A stretch of 64,000 bases of DNA from assembly GCA_040753215.1 (NCBI GenBank), contig JBFMEZ010000025.1, positions 1 through 64,000 on the forward strand, in the 5' to 3' direction. Below, in pieces: positions 45,701 to 53,418 of the stretch. The first letter of the stretch is position 1, and each line of letters begins with the position of its first letter. The stretch is from Candidatus Micrarchaeota archaeon. GTDB taxonomy: Archaea > Micrarchaeota > Micrarchaeia > Anstonellales > Bilamarchaeaceae. A program made the translations under genes and the position numbers. The notes beneath the pieces are model-generated. The model was not told where the DNA came from. It ran no database searches and worked only from the letters and a program-made list of their open reading frames with translations.

Positions 45701-48027
45701 AGCATAGTATAAGCGTTATCTTCGGGCTCTGCGCCGAACGCTGCCTTCCACGCCTTCTGCAGGAGCTGGGCGAGCTCCGGGTCCGCCTGCTCTATTTCGA
45801 GGATGTGGAGCCTCCTGGCCGCCTCTCCCATTTTGATTACATAGGCAAGTGCAGCGGCCTTGACCAGGTCTTCGGCGGCCTTATCCGTTTCCGGTTTCCC
45901 GCTTCCAGTTTCCGGCAACGGAGAACCGGGAACTGGCAACTGCTGGGCGCCTTCTGCCGCCTCTTCCGTGCTGCCTGAATCGTACCATCCGAGATATCTC
46001 TCGTCCGCAACGAGCCGCCGCACCTGCTCCTCCCTCGGCAATCTGAGGAGTTCCGGCGGGACTATTGCGCCTGCCTTCTGCCTTATTGCCTGCTCCAGCC
46101 CGGCCGCAAGCGAATCCATGGAATCGTTCAGCCCTCCAACGGCATCCGGCCCCAGGATTTCGGCGTTTGCAAGGAAAACCCTGCAGGAATCCCTCACAAA
46201 TGAGCGCACATCAGACTGGAATTCCTTTTCTTCCTTAAGGGAGGCGAGGACCTGCGGGCGGGTGAGCAGGATGCCTGAAGCGAGGTATCTCCTCTCTGCC
46301 TCAAATGCAACGGAATAGGAATAGCCGCCCTCTTCTGCAATCATCCATATGTATTCGCCGCTGCTGCCCTGCAGCTTAAAGCGTGCCTGGAGAAGAATGT
46401 CGCCGGCGGAATCCAGGTCGGACGGGATGACGAAATGGGTCCCGGAGAGCCGGATTGCGGCATCGGCTTCCTCATCCGTATAGCCGGAACCCTCTGCGGC
46501 CTTACTTATCAGCTTTGCGGCATCCTCTTCTTTCAGGAGATACTCCTTTGCCGCTGCCAGGTATCCTGAGGCCGCTTCCTCATCCTGGAGAATAGTGCCC
46601 TTTGCCTCTGCAGCATTCTGGGCCGCTATCCAGGCTTTCATCGGGAATCCGCCTTTATCACCGGCTTTTCCTACAAGGACATGGTTCTGGATTTTCTGCT
46701 CTTCGGTGAGGACTGGCGGCCTGGGCATCACGGTTGTGGATTCGGATTCGTGGATGAGCATCTGCCTTGTTTCCTCAAGGACATGGCGGGAATATTCATC
46801 GGGATGCATGCTGGGGAGCTTTACCGGGACCGCGTCGCCTGAGCCGATGTCCGCCTTTCCTGAAAGGCGCTCGGCTGCGCGCATGTAAACCCTCCTCGGG
46901 AATCCGCCGGATTTCCCGGAACCGTATACGTAGGATGATGGGTTGCTGAGGAAGGAGTGCTCTGCCCTCATCTCTGCAAGCACCTCTTCGGAGACTATTC
47001 TCTTTCCTGAAGAGGAGTGCCTTCCGGCTACTGTGGTGATGACCGGGGTGCGGAGCGGGCCGGCGGGAACTCCCCTCCCGCCGAGCATCCTCACATATTC
47101 GTATCCGTGCCTCGCCTGCATTAGGAGGTCGAGCGCTTCGGATTCCAGCGCCTCGCGCCTTTCCTTGCGGCCGTGCGTGACGTGCATCCCGAGGGCCTTT
47201 GCAGGCGGCTTCGGGAACCAGTTGTATTTTGCGCAGAGGGCGAGGGCTGAGGCGGCTTCCCTTGCGGTGAAGCCGTTCTTTTTCGCGAGCCTGCGGATGA
47301 ATCTTTCAGTTGCATTCGGGATTCCGGCTTCCGGTGAAACAACCACTTTGGGGGGAGCGGGCTGCGGCGCGGGCGGCTGGGGCGGAATGGCAGGGGCAGT
47401 AACCGGCCGGGTTGCCATGGACGATACAGAAGCTGGAGATGCGGACGAGACTGGGGTGGAAGCAGGAACTGGCAGCCGGGAACTGGAAACTGGAGACCGC
47501 GGGGCTGCCATGCCTTTTGGATGCGGCTGCGCTGCTTTGCTTAGGAGGCCGAGGGCTCCAGCCTCATCCGCCGGAATGCTGCCGGAGCAGAAGGAGATGC
47601 CCCTTGCCCTTAGGATGTCATCTTCCGTGAAACGGGTGTCCCTGCCGGCTGCCTTCCTGAGGAGGCGCATGAGCTTTTTTTCGGAGCCCGCCCATTCCTC
47701 TGCGCGCACGAGCAGGTCGCGGGCGCTGTTTCCTGTGAGCCTTGTGCCGGGCGGAAGGTCGAGGCACAGGTCCTTTGCAAGCCCGATTACGGCTGCTGTG
47801 CAAGGGTACCCTTTATTGCCTGTGTATTCCACCACGTACCAGTTTGTGGCGATGTCGAGCAGGTTGCGCGCAGAGGATGCATCAAATGCCGAGCCTTCTG
47901 GCAGGCGCTTTACTAAGCCCTTGGCTGCCGCAAGCGCATCGTTGGTATATCCATCGTACTCTGCGACATTTTCAAGCAATGCAAGGTTCCTTTCGGTTCC
48001 AGCTGGGAGTGCAGTAGTGTCTCTCAT
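39751..48027 (-). CDS. giant 2758-aa protein: helical N-terminal part, Pro/Ala-rich linker with heptamer arrays, C-terminal HEAT/ARM-like repeats
   Basis: Uninterrupted ORF; HEAT-like segments (DARLAALQRLADI, AEVRKLAVSSI, VNVRRGAAGLL). Confidence 0.8.
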   Translation of the reverse strand: MRDTTALPAGTERNLALLENVAEYDGYTNDALAAAKGLVKRLPEGSAFDASSARNLLDIATNWYVVEYTGNKGYPCTAAVIGLAKDLCLDLPPGTRLTGNSARDLLVRAEEWAGSEKKLMRLLRKAAGRDTRFTEDDILRARGISFCSGSIPADEAGALGLLSKAAQPHPKGMAAPRSPVSSSRLPVPASTPVSSASPASVSSMATRPVTAPAIPPQPPAPQPAPPKVVVSPEAGIPNATERFIRRLAKKNGFTAREAASALALCAKYNWFPKPPAKALGMHVTHGRKERREALESEALDLLMQARHGYEYVRMLGGRGVPAGPLRTPVITTVAGRHSSSGKRIVSEEVLAEMRAEHSFLSNPSSYVYGSGKSGGFPRRVYMRAAERLSGKADIGSGDAVPVKLPSMHPDEYSRHVLEETRQMLIHESESTTVMPRPPVLTEEQKIQNHVLVGKAGDKGGFPMKAWIAAQNAAEAKGTILQDEEAASGYLAAAKEYLLKEEDAAKLISKAAEGSGYTDEEADAAIRLSGTHFVIPSDLDSAGDILLQARFKLQGSSGEYIWMIAEEGGYSYSVAFEAERRYLASGILLTRPQVLASLKEEKEFQSDVRSFVRDSCRVFLANAEILGPDAVGGLNDSMDSLAAGLEQAIRQKAGAIVPPELLRLPREEQVRRLVADERYLGWYDSGSTEEAAEGAQQLPVPGSPLPETGSGKPETDKAAEDLVKAAALAYVIKMGEAARRLHILEIEQADPELAQLLQKAWKAAFGAEPEDNAYTMLAEGPRTMGGVRVGRSGLLNIFQGEKLRRTAEGFVETLGKSVGGMRKKEPAPAALAEKEAELEGWNAVLAMPERLAALMRAVGKEWKPPADNYAAMAAEEALRRVRAGEASVKTPEEADKLFTVCRAEIRTKRQIDNRVQRGFIPEDVGKKALAILLSERKQFSGIDEETAFFSGLCIDAGHPYPAKLHIYLLCGNGSIAPELMHAALDKINSERIGLPSGPAVLEFLKVVERELEAAKESEARPTVPAAPPANGSGPRVHAVEIAAPIGLAATIAAGSEGDSGLLKPLPPPYPAPQLPVSGSRLPETPEVPTPPAEAPRAATAAAPTEPVHGSRLPVSGSGPVSSAAPESLAMAEALRGRTVAGHAVPPAGGSAVSGFLSPVSSSETESGKPGAKKLHLEIVPHAPDASESGEFQRVIDLTAGKPPVSGSQEMADAARGGTAVGMPAAQPATSSPLPVPGSHSTVSTPQPVADVPSAHPTMKGPAPAPDVGPALLGPDGKLLPPDKWRTFQRRAPTPEEIAAALAGEKAEAQAAGAPQPTADAKPETGNGRPNQTSRAEVGPGGRGFGLPETPSQPPAPVREEDVLGEEPAAPAAEGQPAPETPGATSHVPAAEPEPPAPVPQTAEAHADGIPLEARPTSLYPPPQGLVGKSGPENAGPTVYSPPAPELVASSRESGREVARLVKLLHRAKDSDARLAALQRLADINDPAALNGLAGALDYPDVAMGVCSMLISRGDGAVIRAVSEEFGSCTREGKLNAVSVLREIGTQEALAALSPVLLDTEPAVSAEAARVLLAAHGADGTDTHKYFRNLDFNRSLALLKEAVLDSDGSELSEAAGVSAATLLSEFAVRYPEDVYPVLCSATAGGNAEVRKLAVSSIHSGGLRLLPSIYAGREDGENLRTISVLGQMGTEEACDVLAPMLTHDSQQVAEGAASRLILLGGKGLDTRRYFLAMDFSRAGPLLGELLAHNEDVNVRRGAAGLLAELAPGHRDAYPLLASAIAEGDTEASHTIMQALHEGSFDALRHLEDTLLDPGSPEVAVERAAELFLSAKGDDADVHYAYSRLLEAASGNSRAMEIMEAEADFGRVCAVLGDYNAPFAARKSAAALVGGQAAGTSVPLLLNAYQQQPELRESVASLLAAMEPAGMLAVALSESRTLGRVHDPLISQLVMEMAEKGSNPVAHLASYAEAESSKGTLTAEECRFMISLAMEAGFADDDANRILASSLPVLKGMDDEQLVAAARFARKIGKGAVPVILRYAEAAAEGLGADGAHLLSIVVEDIGAKEGVEFLKHALPEAVRMNPAQLEKLQDLAIKLDAAHGEAILLEYAERKSREGALTPKEALALSGLASAFGGLLESGRCAALAGHMLPLIKDMDAADVAAMQDFASLPVFAEGATKHAGRFLADREKEGIAPKEAAAIAVLLARINSDASYRLLSGLVSGKSLGDEAVRTGRRVEEALSAAYGKGEVRPCLMRAAFDRGELSDLGLVAFKIFREQKDCGADLIKACVKAHLFGDVEAADNADRLREARTILVRNGDLAVGQLSDIVLSVDFSRYPPEYRRNALVTIGELAGYARKKKGHRQSEATEKKARECLLNAIGMKELSEGVVAMVLSEMRNINLLDSVAAVLSTEGGEKLAARVYNVLRLMGRGAQEQIGAMLRSGDENKAVQAAELFTRVLQSGRETPKELSVLPEFRENTRLLAGLLRHRNGMVSTCAEDALKAAGPYVPLDELERMVRLRVHPQDLLPLDLEIASRKTAAQLMAAAGGPAAEHFAAIIGDSRMLPEVISEVLGVAAGSPAIGEKLLEPMALRGGQGDLEEKYEALNFAAELDSPFSALLCAVQCGKDVGVPMSAAFSGSPPAEWQKLLLKWAAVKAVVYRGEASAASQLIASGMFTAAEIGELMRDAVDKRLADERMMARDRRELPAYYAGYFGPELRGRIAASMNAPRPAPSPGLPLPKRFRGLVQGPPPVPRGARKLHH

Positions 48028-48105
48028 AACATATATTTGTCGCTGAAAATGTTTTTAAAGGGATGCTATTTATAAACATCCAAAACCACTACGGAAAAAA
48101 GGGCT

Positions 48106-48126
48106 GGAAACAGAAAACCGGAAACC
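48106..48126 (+). repeat. Heptamer array (3 units) upstream of PCNA
   Basis: ggaaaca gaaaacc ggaaacc. Confidence 0.65.
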
Positions 48127-48180
48127 TGGCGGAGGAAGGTTTATTAGTTTTATATGATATAATTACGCGGGGTGGAGAAA

Positions 48181-48924
48181 ATGAAAATTGTGATGGATGA
48201 CGCTACTTCTCTCAAGGATGCGGTGGATACCATTGTGAACCTGGTGGAAGAAGGGCTGTTCGAATTCACGAACGAGGGCGTGCGGCTGAAGGCAATGGAC
48301 CCTTCGCAGATTTCCATGATTTCCTTCTTCATGCCGAAGGAGGCGTTCTCCCACTACGGGATTGACGAGGAGAGGAAAATCGGGATAGACGTGGACAAGC
48401 TGAGCCGGGTGCTCGCGCGCGGGATGAAGGGCGAGAGCGCGGAGCTGGGGCTTGAGGAGGGGCGGCTGAAAATCACATTCAGCGGCGCCAAGAAGAGGAG
48501 GGTTTTCCGGCTTCCGCTCATAGACGTCGGCTCAGGGCTGGAGAGGGAGCCGAAAATAGAGTATAAGAACCATATAAAGGTGGATGCGGACGCGTTCAGG
48601 GAGGTGCTCAAGGACGCGAAGCTGCTGAGCAGCCACATACGGCTCATACTGGAGGACGGGAAGTTCAGGGTGGAGATACGGGGGGATGAGGGCGAAGTGA
48701 AGGAAGAGTTCGAGAAGGATTCGGATGCTGTGAAGGAGCTTAAGGCGGTGGACGGGGCGAGGGCCACATTCCCGCTGCAGTACCTCGAGGACATAGTCAA
48801 GGCGAGCAAGGGCGGCACCCCGCTCACCATTTACATGGAGACGGACAGGCCGCTGAAAGTGGAGTACGAAGTGGTGGGCGCGAAGAGCGTGTATTACTTA
48901 GCGCCGAGGATTGAGAGCGCGTGA
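48181..48924 (+). CDS. pcn: PCNA sliding clamp
   Basis: AMDPSQISM, FPLQYL, YYLAPRIE. Confidence 0.95.
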   Translation: MKIVMDDATSLKDAVDTIVNLVEEGLFEFTNEGVRLKAMDPSQISMISFFMPKEAFSHYGIDEERKIGIDVDKLSRVLARGMKGESAELGLEEGRLKITFSGAKKRRVFRLPLIDVGSGLEREPKIEYKNHIKVDADAFREVLKDAKLLSSHIRLILEDGKFRVEIRGDEGEVKEEFEKDSDAVKELKAVDGARATFPLQYLEDIVKASKGGTPLTIYMETDRPLKVEYEVVGAKSVYYLAPRIESA

Positions 48925-48937
48925 ATTGCCCGGCACT

Positions 48938-49783
48938 TTAGGCAAGGGTGTCTATGGCTGCGCGGATTTCCGGGTTCCTCGTTGCCCGTTTCAGCTCCTG
49001 CAGAAGCGATTCCCTTTCGGGGGCTTCTCCGCGGGATGCGTGGCGCGAGGCAACGCGGCTGAGCATTTTCTCCAGTTCGGAGTTGAGGGCGGAGCGCGTA
49101 TCAAAATCCATCTCCGCGTAGCCCGGGACCGCTGCAGTTATGCTGTCTAACACCTCGCGGGCGAGGGCGGACAGCTGCTCGAGCGCCTGCACGTGCTCTG
49201 CGGATATTTCCCTCTTTGCATTTCCCATGGAATCCACTTCAAAGTACCTGGTCTCGCCTGCGGCGTTTGTGGCGGACCTGACGCTCATTCCGTAGTAACC
49301 CGTCTGTGATACGTCCGTGTAGCCCTGCGTCTGGAGCTCTGCAATTGTGGGTGCATGCCTCCTCGGGGTGGCCCTGCGGGCTTCAGCCGCGGCCGCCTCC
49401 TCGCGCGCGGGCACCTCCTCAAGCGTGCGGGGCAGGGTGAGCGGCGGGGGCGGAAGCCCCAATATGGCAGGCCCCCTCTCTGCGCCCCTCAGCTCGTCTA
49501 TCGCATATGCGAGGTCCGGGTTGCGCACCCGGTTCGGGCCGAACCTGAGCTCCGTGAGGAGGGTGTCGCGCGTGGGGGCCGGGGCACCGCGGTGCGTGCG
49601 GTAGAATTCCGTGTAATGGAGCATCAGCGAACGGAGGGCGCGCTGCAACTCCGCCGCTGCATTCCGCTGCGCGGTTTCTTCCATTACCTGCGGCAGATGC
49701 CGGATTATGTCATTTGTGAGCGCATTCATCTCGCGGCTTATTGAGTCCAGCTTTTCACCATAAACATCTGCGACGCGTGCCAT
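48938..49783 (-). CDS. hypothetical protein
   Basis: Helical ORF; no motif recognised. Confidence 0.7.
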   Translation of the reverse strand: MARVADVYGEKLDSISREMNALTNDIIRHLPQVMEETAQRNAAAELQRALRSLMLHYTEFYRTHRGAPAPTRDTLLTELRFGPNRVRNPDLAYAIDELRGAERGPAILGLPPPPLTLPRTLEEVPAREEAAAAEARRATPRRHAPTIAELQTQGYTDVSQTGYYGMSVRSATNAAGETRYFEVDSMGNAKREISAEHVQALEQLSALAREVLDSITAAVPGYAEMDFDTRSALNSELEKMLSRVASRHASRGEAPERESLLQELKRATRNPEIRAAIDTLA

Positions 49784-49819
49784 ATGGACACCGGATAAAT
49801 AGCGCAATGGAAGTTTTTA

Positions 49820-51136
49820 TTACTTCCTGCTTTTCGCAACCACAAGCAGAAAAGTTGAGACGAGCACCGCGGCGACGGGGCAGGCCGCGGAGCCCGGGGA
49901 ACCTGAAACCGGGGGCTGGGAACGGGAGACCGTTATGCTGTCGCTTATCTCGGTGCCCTGGGTGCTTACGAGGTACGGGACGGAGTAGGTGCCGCTGCCC
50001 AGCGAATCAAGGTTGAGCGCGTATGAAAGGGCCTTCCTGCCGCCGGGGGGAAGGAAAAGGATTCCGGACTCCTCGCCGTGCACGTAGGGCGGGAACGTGA
50101 TTATGTAGGTGGGCGTGAGGTAATTCGCGCCCGGGTTGCTTATCACAACGCTGAATTCTGTGCCGTCAAAAGCGGCATACGCGGAGGAAACGGGCGGGAA
50201 GGGCCCGCTCTGGAGTATACGTATCCTGGCGACCGTATCGAAAGAGAAGGGGCCTCCCCTCGCAGTGAGCCGGTCGGCAGCGCCGGACTGGTCCAGGGAA
50301 TAGGTGCCCGCGATGCGGCGCGCATCCAGGTTCCCCAGCTCCCGGAATGTGGGGTCCGAGGGCACCCACTGGCCGCCCATATCCAGCTCGGCCCATGCGT
50401 GCTCCTGCCAGCCGTCGCCGCTGAAGACGTAGCCTGAAACGTAGCGCGTGCCGATGCCGAGAGAGCGGGCAAGCGAGATGAGGAGGTGCGTGTAGCCCAC
50501 GCAAACGGCGCGTCGGCCGGCATATACCTCCTCTGCCGGGGCGTCGTCCCCCCAGAAATCCTCATCGTATTCCACGTTCCTGTGCACCCAGTCGGTGAGG
50601 ACCGCCGCGGCCTCCAGCTGGCCGCTGCTCTCGGCAGTATGGGAGCGGGCGAAGGCGGCCATTGCTGTGGTGTATGTTGTGAGCGTCGTGCCCGGGATGG
50701 AAGCGTTGGGGAGGGGCGGGTTGGAGGAGAGGTCCGGCATATAGCGCGTCTCAACGACCGCAACGGCAGTTATCTTTTTGGGGGTGGAGAGGTTGGCGGA
50801 GCGGTAGATTATCCTTATCTCGTCGCCGTGGCGGACCGCCTCGCCGTCGCTCAGGTTTATCTGGATTATCCTCTGGAACGGTGATTCGACAAGGAAGGTC
50901 GCATTCAGGACCGCGTCGCGGAGGGTGCCGTTTGAGACTATGTTCCATTCCTTTTCGAACTCGGCTGCCATGTAGCCGGTGTATGTGGAAAAGGAGATTG
51001 GGAGGAGAAGGAGGAAAATGAGAGCCGGAAACCGTGGGCTCAAACCGTGAAGCCAGGGACGGACGGGGGGACGGGAGGGCGGCTTCACGTCTTGACGGGA
51101 AACAGGGAACTGGAGGCTGGCTGGCACGGGTTTCAT
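49820..51136 (-). CDS. secreted transglutaminase-like domain protein
   Basis: AVCVGYTHL, HAWAEL and WVPSDPT triad; signal peptide preceded by repeat-derived extension; C-terminal anchor. Confidence 0.85.
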   Translation of the reverse strand: MKPVPASLQFPVSRQDVKPPSRPPVRPWLHGLSPRFPALIFLLLLPISFSTYTGYMAAEFEKEWNIVSNGTLRDAVLNATFLVESPFQRIIQINLSDGEAVRHGDEIRIIYRSANLSTPKKITAVAVVETRYMPDLSSNPPLPNASIPGTTLTTYTTAMAAFARSHTAESSGQLEAAAVLTDWVHRNVEYDEDFWGDDAPAEEVYAGRRAVCVGYTHLLISLARSLGIGTRYVSGYVFSGDGWQEHAWAELDMGGQWVPSDPTFRELGNLDARRIAGTYSLDQSGAADRLTARGGPFSFDTVARIRILQSGPFPPVSSAYAAFDGTEFSVVISNPGANYLTPTYIITFPPYVHGEESGILFLPPGGRKALSYALNLDSLGSGTYSVPYLVSTQGTEISDSITVSRSQPPVSGSPGSAACPVAAVLVSTFLLVVAKSRK

Positions 51137-52428
51137 CTCTTCAGCCTGCGCATGTGCTCCACCCTCTTCCTCACGAGCAGCTGGGTGCCTATGTCGGGCC
51201 TGTGCCACAGCGGGCCGTGCACCGCGCGCGTGCAGCATTCCGCCTTCTCCTCGGCGCGCTCCAGCAGCGGGTCCTGCGCGGCGACCGCCACCGCGCGGGA
51301 GGAGGTTGTGAGTATCCTGCCATCCTTCTCATAAACCGAGCCGAGGTATGCCTTGCCGCCGCAGTCCCACACCGCCCTGTTGTCAACCTCCACGGCAGCA
51401 TCCTTCTTCCCGTTCTCTGGATAGCCCTCCGGGACCAGGTATTTCACGACGGTGCAATTGGGCAGGAAGGAAGCGCCGGTGAGGCTGCCCTCCACTATGG
51501 ACTGGAGCACGTCCGCGAGCTGCGTGCGCAGCACGAGCAGGGCGTTCAGCGCCTCGGGGTCGCCGAAGCGCGCGTTGTATTCTATCAGCTTCACGCCGCT
51601 GCCGGTTATCATGAAGCCGCCGTAGAGGACGCCGCGGAAGGTGTTCCCCTCTGCGCGCATCGCGTCTATGGTCTGCTGCATTATGGATTTCGCCTCCTCC
51701 AGGTCCCTGAGCTCCATGAAAGGGAGAAGGCGGCCGGTGGAGTAGGAGCCCATCCCGCCTGTGTTGGGGCCCATGTCGTTGGTGAACGCGCGCTTGTGGT
51801 CCTGGACCGGCGGCATCACGGAAAGGCGCTCGCCGTCGGAGAATGCCTGGAGGCTGAACTCCTCGCCGTCCAGCTTCTGCTCAAGCAGCGCCTGCTTGTC
51901 CTTCCGGAGGAGCTCCCTCACGTAGTCCAGGGCTTCCTCCGCAGAATTGAGGTGCTCGCCCATAACGCGCACGCCCTTGCCGCCGGTGAGGCCCACGGGC
52001 TTGACCACCACGTCGCCGAATTCGGAAATGAAGGAGGATGCGTCCGATTCGCTCTTTGCTATGCGGAAGGCCGGGAGGCCCGGGATGCCGTGCTTCTGGA
52101 GCAGGGTGCGGGCGTATCCCTTGTCCCATTCTATGCGCGCGGCCTCCTTCAGCGGCGAGGCGACCTTGAGGCCCGCGCCTGCGAGGATGTCCGTCACGCC
52201 CTTGGCCAGGAGAGCGTCGGGGCTTACGAAGCCGAGTTCTATCCCCTTCTCTATGCACCATGCGCCGACGGTCTCCCTGTCCGCCGGGTCGCAGACGAGG
52301 ACCTCGCCGGCGAGCCTGGCGATTCCGGGGTGCTTCTTCTCCATTATCGCGTAGAGCGACGAGCTCCGGGAGAGCTGCTCGGCGATTGCGTGCTCGCGCG
52401 CGCCGGAGCCTACGAGGACCACCTTCAT
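51133..52428 (-). CDS. purD: phosphoribosylamine--glycine ligase
   Basis: GSGAREHA, QDHKRA, GPNTGGMG, EYNARFGDPE. Confidence 0.97.
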   Translation of the reverse strand: MKVVLVGSGAREHAIAEQLSRSSSLYAIMEKKHPGIARLAGEVLVCDPADRETVGAWCIEKGIELGFVSPDALLAKGVTDILAGAGLKVASPLKEAARIEWDKGYARTLLQKHGIPGLPAFRIAKSESDASSFISEFGDVVVKPVGLTGGKGVRVMGEHLNSAEEALDYVRELLRKDKQALLEQKLDGEEFSLQAFSDGERLSVMPPVQDHKRAFTNDMGPNTGGMGSYSTGRLLPFMELRDLEEAKSIMQQTIDAMRAEGNTFRGVLYGGFMITGSGVKLIEYNARFGDPEALNALLVLRTQLADVLQSIVEGSLTGASFLPNCTVVKYLVPEGYPENGKKDAAVEVDNRAVWDCGGKAYLGSVYEKDGRILTTSSRAVAVAAQDPLLERAEEKAECCTRAVHGPLWHRPDIGTQLLVRKRVEHMRRLKR

Positions 52429-52579
52429 TGCTTACCACCCGGAACCGGAAACTGGATGGCGGAAACCAGCAGGTTTCTGCCATGGCGGAATCCCGAAGGA
52501 TTCTGCCAGTCTTCTCCGCAGAGAAGCGGAGTCATCGCCGCAGCGATGCGGAAACTGGAAACCGTCATGGCTTACCACC
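52425..52579 (-). mobile_element. 140-bp multi-hairpin insertion with a 15-bp near-perfect duplication of the purD RBS/start
   Basis: GGTGGTAAGCCATGA ... GGTGGTAAGCAATGA; heptamer arms at both ends; four internal hairpins. Confidence 0.7.
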
Positions 52580-52717
52580 AACTATCCTTGAGAAGGTCTG
52601 GGAGAGTATGGAGAGCATGTCCATCCTGTACTGGCGGGCTATCATGTAGGAGCGTGGGCGGGAGAGCTTCCTTATTATGTCGAACCTGAAGACGCCGGGC
52701 TTTGTTTCCCTTGCCAT
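52565..52717 (-). CDS. 50-aa hypothetical protein (below the ORF-track cutoff)
   Basis: GAGGTGA RBS; MARETKPGVFRFDIIRKLSRPRSYMIARQYRMDMLSILSQTFSRIVGGKP. Confidence 0.6.
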   Translation of the reverse strand: MARETKPGVFRFDIIRKLSRPRSYMIARQYRMDMLSILSQTFSRIVGGKP

Positions 52718-52720
52718 GGT

Positions 52721-53416
52721 TCACCTCTTCCTTATGAAGCCGTTCTTGATGAGGGCATCGAGCCCCTCCTCCACCCTGCCGGCCGCGACGCTGTTCAGCT
52801 TGGAGAATTCCAGTACGTCTATCTCGCCGTCGTGGGTGCGTATCCACTCGAAAAGCTGCGCCTGCAGCTCCGTGTCGCCCATGCCCTCGAGGCGCTGCAT
52901 CCGCTCCAGCAGGTCCTCGTTCTTTCGCTCGTATTCCACGAGGAGGCGCGCGTTCTGCGCGCTTGCCTGCACCAGGTCGTTGTATTTCTTCTCCAGGGAG
53001 GCGTGCTTCTGGCCGAGGTCCTTGAGCCGCGAGTACATCTCCATCTTTTCGCTGTCGGTGGCCTCGCCCATGGATTTCAGCAGGCTGAAATAGAATGTGT
53101 ATACGGACTGGATCGGCACATCATAGTATGCGGTGAGTATCTGGAACAGGTTCAGGAGCATGACCCCCATGTCAAGCGAGCGCGAGAGGCGGTGCTCAAG
53201 CACGGGGGTGGTGTATTTCAGTATTATGGCGTTCTTGAGCAGCTCTATGCGGTAGTAGAGGTAGGGCTTCCCGTTCAGGTCCTCGGACTCGACCTTTTCT
53301 ATGATGAGGGCGTCGTCGGAATAGTCCATCCTGTTGAAGCCGAGCGAGCCGAGCGTCTGGAGGAGCGGCTTGAGCGGCCTCTTCCTCTTCGTGCTTATGC
53401 GTATTATCTCTTCCAT
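52721..53416 (-). CDS. coiled-coil protein with C-terminal wHTH-like region
   Basis: 231-aa ORF in the ATPase operon. Confidence 0.75.
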   Translation of the reverse strand: MEEIIRISTKRKRPLKPLLQTLGSLGFNRMDYSDDALIIEKVESEDLNGKPYLYYRIELLKNAIILKYTTPVLEHRLSRSLDMGVMLLNLFQILTAYYDVPIQSVYTFYFSLLKSMGEATDSEKMEMYSRLKDLGQKHASLEKKYNDLVQASAQNARLLVEYERKNEDLLERMQRLEGMGDTELQAQLFEWIRTHDGEIDVLEFSKLNSVAAGRVEEGLDALIKNGFIRKR

Positions 53417-53418
53417 TT

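Noticed and set aside
51034..52689. Long antisense ORFs (e.g. 51034..52689+, 15305..16705-, 25587..26912-, 31258..32319+)
   Set aside because: They are shadows of well-supported genes on the opposite strand in GC-rich DNA.
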